A DNA stretch of 64,000 bases from Octopus sinensis. Its lineage: Eukaryota. Positions 58,101 through 64,000 of this stretch are shown here, one piece after another. The position numbers were made by a program, and so were the translations under genes. The stretch spans positions 61,814,001 through 61,878,000 of the forward strand of contig NC_043009.1 in assembly GCF_006345805.1 (NCBI RefSeq), in the 5' to 3' direction. Every line of letters begins with the position of its first letter. Positions within the stretch are counted from its first letter, which is position 1. Below the pieces are notes generated by a model, which did no database searches, had not been told where the DNA came from, and saw nothing but the letters and a program-made list of their open reading frames with translations.

Positions 58101-61034
58101 CTGGAGGTTTCATGCAGCCAGTCAAGTACTGCATTGATTGTACCTCACTAACGAGTGCAGTTATTGGATTGTGAGGTTGGCTGTATGAAACCTTTAGGTT
58201 TCACATCCTAGTTATCACACACAGGCAAAACTCATCTCCACATCATCTCTTGCCCAGCCACAAACAACCATCAGTATTTGCCCTTCCTAACTACTTTCTT
58301 ATTTCTTTATTACCCACAAGAGGCTAAATATAGAGGGGACAAACAAGGACAGACAAATGGATTAAGTCGATCACATTGACCCCAGTGCATAACTGGTACT
58401 TTATTTATCGACCCCGAAAGGATGAAAAGCAAAGTCAACCTCGGCAGAATTTGAACTTAGAACGTAACAGCATACGAAATACCACTAAGCATTTGGCCCG
58501 GCGTGCTAGCATTTCTGCCAGCTCACCCCCTTTTAACTACTTTCTAACTTCATAATACTTAACACAAAGGTTCAAAGGTCAAATCTCATTCTTCCTTTCA
58601 CTTATTTTCATTACGCACTCTAGTTCTAGAAAGAGAGGTACATTGGTCGGTGTAATTCTTAGATACACTACACATGAAAATTAGAGGGGATGGTCATAGC
58701 TGAAACTCCTTTGATTATAGGTCTGCTAGATGAGAGCTGACCTTGGGCTAATCCACTATAACAACAGTTTCAATCAAGAGAAATCTCCAGCATGTTTACA
58801 TTTTTATATTTTATTATATCTAGTTGTTGTTTAATCCCAAGATAGCCTGATTAAGTAGATCTGTGATTAGAGGTGTTTCAGTGACGACCATTCTGTTTTT
58901 AGTCTACATTCAATGTGTCCTTTCTTTTCTCAAGAGTGTAGGCTGTGATTTTGTGTTTGGCTCTGTGGTTTAGAAGCTTGCTTTTTAATCATGTGATCTT
59001 AGGTTTGGTTCCGCAAAACAAGCTCTGATCTAACAATGAAATAACACAGACTTCTTCATATTTATCTGTTCCTTGCAAACAATCTGGCTATCATATTTCA
59101 GTTTTGTTACACTACACATATATTTGCCTTGAGAGTCATATCATATTATTTAATGATCAAAAAGTGTCTTCCTTGTTGCAGAATTCTGTATCCCAGTTGC
59201 ACCTTTTGGCCTTATTAGTTTTTGAAGTCGCTGACTTTTTTTCATTGGAATTCTTTATTCATATCCAGGCTGTTTCAATACTGTCCTTTTACTATACAGC
59301 ACCAATCCATAGATTTCACCACCTCTGTAATAGTTGCAAGCTAATATTTAATAACCTACCTCTTAACATCCCATTTTGCCCTCTCAGAAACTTACTGTGG
59401 TTTCCCAGGTTTTTTCTTCATTCAGTAATGCCCTTTTCAATCTGTCTCTTGACTAATTGAACTATTTCTTGATTGAACTTTTCATTTTGATATTAGCTGA
59501 TGACTTGGCTGCCTGTAAATTCATCGATATCTTTTTCTTGTAATGAGTTTCGTTGTTGTATTTAATCAAATGAAAGTTACAATTAACCCCCAAACATAAT
59601 TAATTTCATATATATATATATATACCTCTAAAGAAGAGAAAACATATTTCATTATAAAAAAATTTTTTTAATCATCAGGTAACTAAAATCTTTTTGTAGC
59701 TCTTGCAATATCATCACTCACCCATTCTTGTTATGGCTACCACCCTATATGGGCAACAATGAAGGTTTATTATTTCTGTGCATTTTAGGTCAGCTTCTCA
59801 ATGTTCCTCAGTGGTTTCCTAATGGTTCCCTTTCAGCTTTCATCACTGCTATGAGTATTTTCTGATGATTCTTTCATTGCTTTCCTGAAGTAAATCTAAT
59901 TTTGCAGGATTGGTTTGTTAGCCCTGTGCTCAGCCTGTATGGTCAGTGGATTGAATTTGATCAGACCTTCACCATTTGACATATCTGGCTTGAATGGTCA
60001 CAGTTAACATGACATTATGTGTGAGATTTTGCCAGTATATTTCTGTATGTTATAATTCTTTCTAATTTTGGCACAGGGCCAGCAATTTGGAGGGGAAGGG
60101 GAAAGTCAATTTCATTGACTCGGTGCTAAACTGGTATTTTATTTTATCAACCTCGAAAGGATGAAAGCCAGAGTTGACCTCAACAGCATTAGAACTCAGA
60201 ACGTAAAGCCAGAAGAAATGTCACTAAACTTTTTGTCCAGCATCCAGCATATTAAAAACTCTCCCAGCTTGCCGCCTTGTAATATCTTGTATTGACCACA
60301 GTTCAATACAAGATATTAGCAATAAACCGAAGTATCTAACATATTGGTTTCAAATTTTGGTACAAGGCCAGCAATTTCAGTAGCAGTGTTAAGTCGATTA
60401 TATCAACCTCAGTAGTCAACTGGTATTTATTTTATTGACCCTGACAAAAGATAAAGCATCTTGACCAGATGTTTTAATATTTCTGCCAACTCACCGCCTT
60501 TGCAGTATGTCAACTGGTACTCTGTCGGTTGTGACAGTGAAGGTTCCAGTTGATCCGATCAACGGAACAGCCTGCTCATGAAATTAACATGCAACCATGG
60601 GTGAGCACTCCACAGACACGTGTACCCTTAACATAGTTCTGTGGGAGATTCAATGTGACACAGTGTGTGACAAGGCTGGTCCTTTGAAATACAGACACTG
60701 TTCATTTTTGCCAGCTGAGTGGACTGGAGAAACATGAAATGAAGTGTCTTGCTCAAGGACATAATGCATACCAGACTTTATGATCGAGAGCCAAATACCC
60801 TAACCACTAAGCTATACACCTTCACTCACTGTAGGTAACATTTTAGCAAACCTAATGCCTGTGAATATTTTTACCATTTCAGGACTCTGAGGGTGATTCT
60901 CCATTACATGATGCCATCAGCAAGAAGAGAGATGATATGATTACTTTGCTCTTAGAGAATGGAGCAGACATAGCTATCACTAACAATAACGGCTTCAATG
61001 CCCTCCACCATGCTGCGCTGAGAGGTAACCCAAG
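19627..61034 (+). CDS. mib1: E3 ubiquitin-protein ligase mind bomb 1, partial multi-exon gene (12 internal coding exons; 5' and 3' exons outside window)
   Basis: Exons 19627-19798, 21163-21307, 22577-22666, 24482-24548, 30893-31035, 32123-32199, 32916-33102, 34332-34479, 36188-36321, 38047-38154, 38287-38484 and 60883-61034 join in frame, all GT-AG. The translation follows MIB1 order: ZZ, MIB/HERC2, REP, REP, ANK. Confidence 0.97.
21163..21307 (+). CDS. mib1: mib1 exon, second MIB/HERC2 domain N-part (145 nt)
   Basis: ttacag|A GTC ATG... reads [48 protein letters not shown], then donor gtttgt. Confidence 0.95.
22577..22666 (+). CDS. mib1: mib1 exon, MIB/HERC2 domain C-part (90 nt, phase 0 to 0)
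   Basis: gtgcag|GAC TGG... reads [30 protein letters not shown], then gtgagt; too short for the ORF track. Confidence 0.96.
23275..24310. mobile_element. Cluster of five SINE B copies in + - - - + orientation, separated by (TAA)n
   Basis: About 23275-23490 (+), 23500-23665 (-), 23700-23908 (-), 23930-24137 (-), 24165-24310 (+). Confidence 0.85.
24482..24548 (+). CDS. mib1: mib1 exon (67 nt)
   Basis: tttcag|GCT GAT... reads [22 protein letters not shown](G), then gtatga. Confidence 0.96.
24945..26075 (-). mobile_element. 5'-truncated, frameshifted RTE-clade LINE with full 3'UTR
   Basis: Minus strand reads [59 protein letters not shown], later [13 protein letters not shown]; the 3'UTR runs into the family A sequence and (GAT)n tail. 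Confidence 0.85.
27000..27500 (-). mobile_element. Three head-to-tail SINE B (tail type 3) fragments separated by (AAT)n
   Basis: tttcaaattttggcacaaggccag starts at about 27002, 27183 and 27330. Confidence 0.75.
28422..28654. mobile_element. 233-bp hAT (Charlie-like) MITE
   Basis: TIRs CAGTGGTAGTCAACC / GGTTGAAATCACTG; 8-bp TSD ATCTAGAT / ATCTAAAT, fitting the NTCTAGAN target of Charlie-type hATs. Confidence 0.8.
29630..30090 (-). mobile_element. Short RTE 3' fragment with family A tail
   Basis: Minus strand reads [25 protein letters not shown], followed by the family A 3'UTR. Confidence 0.75.
30893..31035 (+). CDS. mib1: mib1 exon, REP1 N-part (143 nt)
   Basis: ttttag|GT GTA... reads [47 protein letters not shown], then gtaagt. 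Confidence 0.95.
32123..32199 (+). CDS. mib1: mib1 exon, REP1 C-part (77 nt)
   Basis: tttcag|TGT CTG... reads [25 protein letters not shown](R), then gtaaga. Confidence 0.95.
32916..33102 (+). CDS. mib1: mib1 exon, REP1 end, linker, REP2 start (187 nt)
   Basis: tttcag|G TGG... reads [62 protein letters not shown], then gtaagt. Confidence 0.96.
33422..33486. repeat. 28-bp tandem repeat, 2.3 copies
   Basis: AATTTGAAGAGTTTGAAAATTGTGACTG twice, plus a partial copy. Confidence 0.9.
34332..34479 (+). CDS. mib1: mib1 exon, REP2 C-part (148 nt)
   Basis: gaacag|ACT CTT... reads [49 protein letters not shown], then gttagt. Confidence 0.95.
35117..36050 (+). mobile_element. Degenerate 5'-truncated CR1/Jockey-group LINE reverse transcriptase fragment
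   Basis: [41 protein letters not shown] and WNSLP motifs across three ORF pieces broken by stops and frameshifts. Confidence 0.9.
36188..36321 (+). CDS. mib1: mib1 exon, start of ankyrin region (134 nt)
   Basis: tttcag|AA CGT... reads [44 protein letters not shown], then gtaata. Confidence 0.96.
36590..36985 (-). mobile_element. Full-length SINE C, antisense to mib1
   Basis: Reverse complement of the copies at 41975-42400 and 61650-62030. Confidence 0.85.
37005..37830 (+). mobile_element. Four head-to-tail SINE B copies
   Basis: Repeated gttctgagttcaaat and aagtaccagtt..ggggtc; mixed tail types 2 and 3. Confidence 0.8.
38047..38154 (+). CDS. mib1: mib1 exon, ankyrin repeat (108 nt, phase 0 to 0)
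   Basis: ttacag|GTG AAC... reads [36 protein letters not shown], then gtgaga. Confidence 0.96.
38287..38484 (+). CDS. mib1: mib1 exon, ankyrin repeats (198 nt, phase 0 to 0)
   Basis: tggtag|GAT AAG... reads [66 protein letters not shown], then gtaagt. Confidence 0.97.
40025..40380 (-). mobile_element. 3' end of a second RTE-type LINE family with a C-terminal Cys/His motif
   Basis: Minus strand reads [23 protein letters not shown], like the C..C.R.C.SRIGL.SH...C end of some RTEs. Confidence 0.65.
43034..43200 (+). mobile_element. Family A copy, left arm of an inverted pair
   Basis: Ends ggagaatggacgttaaacgatgatgatga. Confidence 0.85.
43780..43954 (-). mobile_element. Family A copy, right arm of an inverted pair
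   Basis: Starts atcatcatcatcgtcgtttaacgtccgttctcc. Confidence 0.85.
44980..45140. repeat. About 30-bp minisatellite, degenerating 3'-wards
   Basis: GTGGTAGTGTTGTTATAGTGTATACTAGCT units. Confidence 0.8.
45416..45635. mobile_element. 220-bp piggyBac-like MITE of a second family, intact ends
   Basis: TTAA (45412-45415) CCCTTTAGTTAC ... GTAACGAAAGGG TTAA (45636-45639). Confidence 0.85.
46561..46950 (+). mobile_element. Internally deleted mariner transposase relic
   Basis: [18 protein letters not shown], then after a frameshift [22 protein letters not shown]...[13 protein letters not shown]...[10 protein letters not shown], typical of the mariner N-terminal HTH; YSPDL-like remnant tactcacctatctgg at about 46931. 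Confidence 0.75.
47802..48036 (+). mobile_element. SINE B, tail type 1, with 17-bp TSD, directly followed by another B head fused to a C tail (48054-48350)
   Basis: ATATATCTTAAGATGAG at 47785-47801 and 48037-48053. Confidence 0.85.
48400..48742 (+). mobile_element. Possible non-autonomous Helitron/Helentron-like element
   Basis: 3' end aagtttcatcaagttctgttggatagttttggaggagtt...acaaacagac...tttattattatag resembles Lep1/DINE-type ends (pattern recall only). Confidence 0.4.
52420..52810 (-). mobile_element. Family A copy with internal tandem units
   Basis: (CAT)n start; repeated gtgcttttacatgccac. Confidence 0.85.
53495..54270 (+). mobile_element. SINE C split by a family A copy (53671-53965, minus strand) inserted in its (TA)n(TG)n microsatellite
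   Basis: C head 53495-53650, A insert, (TA)n then (TG)n at 53966-54063, C tail to about 54270. Confidence 0.85.
54650..55170. repeat. Low-complexity (CAC/TAC/ACT)n tract; similar tracts at about 10600-10920, 13850-14200, 18900-19260, 63820-63990
   Basis: Degenerate trinucleotide runs. Confidence 0.85.
55591..55822 (+). mobile_element. Young, CpG-rich SINE B, tail type 1, with 16-bp TSD
   Basis: AGAAACTATATGATCA at 55566-55581 and 55823-55838. Confidence 0.9.
56200..56920 (-). mobile_element. Possible 5' part (UTR plus AP-endonuclease start) of a decayed RTE-like LINE
   Basis: Minus strand PLTFGIWNN near 56470 resembles the GTWNV start of the APE domain; otherwise very degenerate. Confidence 0.35.
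57054..57287 (+). mobile_element. SINE B, tail type 1, with 18-bp TSD, inside a degenerate minisatellite (about 56930-57570)
   Basis: TATAGAGTAGACCCTTCT (57036-57053) / TATAGAGTATACCCTTCT (57288-57305). Confidence 0.9.
58300..58533 (-). mobile_element. SINE B, tail type 1, with 12-bp TSD
   Basis: TAACTACTTTCT at 58288-58299 and 58534-58545. Confidence 0.85.
59050..60030 (-). mobile_element. Possible decayed 5' region of an RTE LINE
   Basis: caggattggtttgttagccctgtgctcagcc at about 59905 resembles the reverse complement of RTE 5'UTR motifs; no clean ORF. Confidence 0.3.
60883..61034 (+). CDS. mib1: mib1 exon, ankyrin repeats (152 nt)
   Basis: tttcag|GAC TCT... reads [50 protein letters not shown](AG), then gtaagt; follows a 22,398-nt intron. 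Confidence 0.97.
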
Positions 61035-63124
61035 GTAAGTCAATATGCTTTGAGAGTTTTATCAATAGTTTTATAGTTTTACATTTAAACACTGAGATGG
61101 GGGCTGAGAAAAAAAAAAGTCTTGTTTGTTAATTGGAATTAATTGGTTGCATATGGGAATCAGCTGACCCTCATTTTTGCTGCCTGAGTGAGAAAAGAAA
61201 TAAGGTAAGACAAACTTCCATCTTGTTAATTTCTCAATACACAGGACACACACATACAGAAATATGTATGTACACACACACAAATCTTGTAAACATTTGT
61301 GTATGTTATATATATACTTATAAAGCATATCTATCTGTCTGTCTGTCTGTGTTTATGTATGTATAAGCTTGTAAACATTTGTGTGTTTAGATTACTTCAA
61401 ATGTGTATAAACATATGTAACAGCAATATGTGTGTATGTTGTATAACCTTACATCCTTACATAACCTCATAAACTGTATGTTAGATACCAAGAATGATGT
61501 AAGAACATATTGGCTTCACTGAAGGTCCGATGCATTTGGTGAAACTGCATCTAACATCTAAAGATATGACTTTCTCTAAGTAGTTATGGCTGAGATATTC
61601 TCTCGTGGTTTCATTGTATTTGATTCACACACATTTTTAATGACTATTATAGGTGCAGGTGTGGCTGTGTGGTAAGAAGCTTGCTTCTCAACCACATGGT
61701 TCTGGTTTCAATCCCACTGCATGGCACCTTGGGCAAGTGTCTTCTACTATAGCCTCAGGTTGACCAATGCCTTGTGAGTGGATTTGGTAGACAGAAACTG
61801 AAAGAAGCCCATTGTATATGTGTGTGTGTATCTGTGTTTGTCCCCCCACCATCGCTTGACAACTGGTGTTGGTGTGTTTATGTCTCCACCACTTAGCAGT
61901 TCAGCAAAAGAGACCAATAGAATAAGTACTAGGCTTACAAAGAATAAGTCCTGGGGTTGATTTGTTTGACTAAAGGCGGTGCTCCAGCAAGGTCGCAGTA
62001 AAATGATTGAAAGAAAAGAATAAAAGAATACATATACATATATATGTAATATATATAAAGCACTCAGTCCACTCTGTGGGGTGGTTGGTGTTAGGAAGGG
62101 CATCCAGCTGTAAAAACCATGCCAAAACAGACACAGTAGTCAGGTGTAATTTTCTACCTGGCCAGCTCCTTTCAAACTGTCCAACTGATGCCAGCATGGA
62201 AGGTGGGTGTTAAACAATGATGATGATAATAATCTTCATAGAACTTGCTTCTACCTAATTAGATATAAACTCTTATGATCATACTGCTTGAATTTGGTTG
62301 GCAGTGGCAGCGTTAATTTGTATCCAAGTAGGAGATCAGTAGTCAGTGATTGAGCTTCTGCATTTTGATGGGTGTGAAGGGTGCTGATGCTTGAAATGGC
62401 TGTTCAGAGAAGAGCTGGGGCATTTGTTGCAGGAGGAGAGCTGATGGGGGATGAGGAAGAGCAAGGCACTCTTTGTGTCTTTGACTATTTGGATTAAAAG
62501 TAGCTAAACATCCCTTTCAATGTGAATATAGGCTCAACAGTTTCAGTAGAGAGAAGTGGTTTCAATTTTCTTAGTGCAAAATGTGTATTTTTTTTGTTAT
62601 AAATGAAGGAGGATTGTACCATGATGATCTTCTATTACTCAGGATCCTCAGCTCAGAGGCAACATGTATACTGTGGAGAACTTAGTTTCTTTAACCTTTT
62701 CATTGCTATCATCATCATCATCATCATCATTGTTTTAATGTAAAAGGCACTTGCCCAAAATGCTGCACAGTGGGACTGAACCTGAGACCACATGGTTTGG
62801 AAGCAAGCTTCTTAACCACACAGCCATGCCTATGCCTATCTTCACAAATGTAATCAAAATGTGTCACTTACCTTATGGGTAAATTAAAATTACAGGTAAA
62901 TAAAATAAATAAATAAATAAATAAAACAAAAACGGGGCAAATTTTTTTATAAAAGTATTTTATGAAATCACGATACATACAATCAAATTGTACAATATTC
63001 CTGTCGTAGAAACTTGTAAAGAATTTCACTCTACATGATACGAACATGCAGGATGAGCATTGGACAGTCGTTTCGATTGGCTGTGCATTTTCTCATGTTT
63101 TCATTATTACTATATGTTTAACTT

Positions 63125-63360
63125 TTTTATTGTATCTGTGGAGTCATTCTCTTTTAGTGCTTTATTAATTTAAAACACATGCCGGTCTAATTTCCTCTTA
63201 TTTATTTTTACTAAAAATTTTGTGGTGTCATGCAACCTGTTCTGAAAATTTTCTAAAAATTTTAGTAAAAATAAAGTAAATGAGTGGAAATCAGACCAGC
63301 GTGTGTGTGTTAAATTAATAAGGCACTAAAAGAGAATGACTCTACACAGACACAATAAAA
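63125..63360. repeat. Imperfect fold-back inverted repeat (arms about 95-105 bp, spacer about 35 bp), probably a MITE
   Basis: ttttattgtatctgtggagtcattctcttttagtgc...tttttactaaaaattt mirrored by aaaattttagtaaaaataaa...gcactaaaagagaatgactctacacagacacaataaaa. Confidence 0.85.
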
Positions 63361-64000
63361 TATGCTTCAATACATGAATTCACATAAAGAATCTTGCAAA
63401 CCAAATACAAAAATGAAACATGTGTATAACATTGTTCCAAAAACCATAACTGTATTTGTTGTTTAGCCCCAGGTCAGTTCAAATAGATCAGACCTGTGAT
63501 CATCAAAAGCATTCTAAGTGTGGCCATTCCATTTTTTCCCATTGATTTGGCTGGTACTTGTAGCAAGTTGAGCGATGACATAGAAATTTCTTCCTCATTA
63601 GCTTGAATACTTGTCACTCAACCATTATATCTTATTAGTTTCAGAGTTAATCTGCAAAATTTTGTTTTAACTCTGTTAATAATGATCTTTGAGAAAGAAA
63701 TGAATGTCACATAACCCCTTCTATAAATCAACTTTAAGGAGCTAACTATACCTCAGATTAAGTCCTGTAGTTGTAAAATACTGTTACATTTACAAAAGAA
63801 TCATTCTATTTAATAGCCATGTTGTTGTTGTTACTGATGCTGATAATAGTGGTGATGATGATGGTAGTGGTGGTAATGATAACAATGAGGACAACAGGGT
63901 TACTGTTTATAATGATGATGATGATGGTACTGACAGTGATGATAGTGGCAGTATTAATATTGCTGATACTGATGATGATGTTGACAATATCACTTGTTCA

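Noticed and set aside
38485-60882. Nested gene or duplicated ankyrin exon in the 22.4-kb intron
   Set aside because: No ORF with recognisable non-TE homology. Exons under 60 codons cannot be excluded without RNA-seq.
19627-61034. mib2 rather than mib1
   Set aside because: The ZZ and ankyrin peptides ([41 protein letters not shown]) are near-identical to MIB1 as I recall it.
19799-61040. U12-type introns
   Set aside because: No donor matches GTATCCTT or ATATCCTT; all look like U2-type GT-AG.

Overview
This is AT-rich, repeat-dense eukaryotic genomic DNA. The SINE, MITE and RTE repertoire suggests a cephalopod, probably Octopus, but that is an inference from repeat recognition. The whole window lies inside one + strand gene, mind bomb 1 (mib1), the E3 ubiquitin ligase for Notch ligands. 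I can reconstruct 12 consecutive coding exons (1621 nt). All have GT-AG boundaries and join in one open frame, covering the ZZ finger, the second MIB/HERC2 domain, two Mib/REP repeats and the first ankyrin repeats. The first coding exon is upstream of the window (intron over 19.6 kb) and the RING-encoding 3' exons are downstream. The introns hold at least four SINE-like families (here called A, B, C, D, plus F), RTE, CR1-type and CRE-like non-LTR fragments, piggyBac and hAT MITEs, a mariner relic and microsatellites. I found no clearly new protein-coding system. The best leads are RNA-structure candidates in the pre-mRNA (twin hairpins just after a REP exon, near-perfect inverted repeats, inverted SINEs bracketing two frame-preserving ankyrin exons), SINEs with interchangeable 3' tails, CRE-like endonuclease relics, and splice-site oddities in mib1. 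Exon coordinates were counted base by base. Repeat boundaries are approximate unless a target-site duplication (TSD) fixes them. Comparisons with human MIB1 are from memory and need checking.
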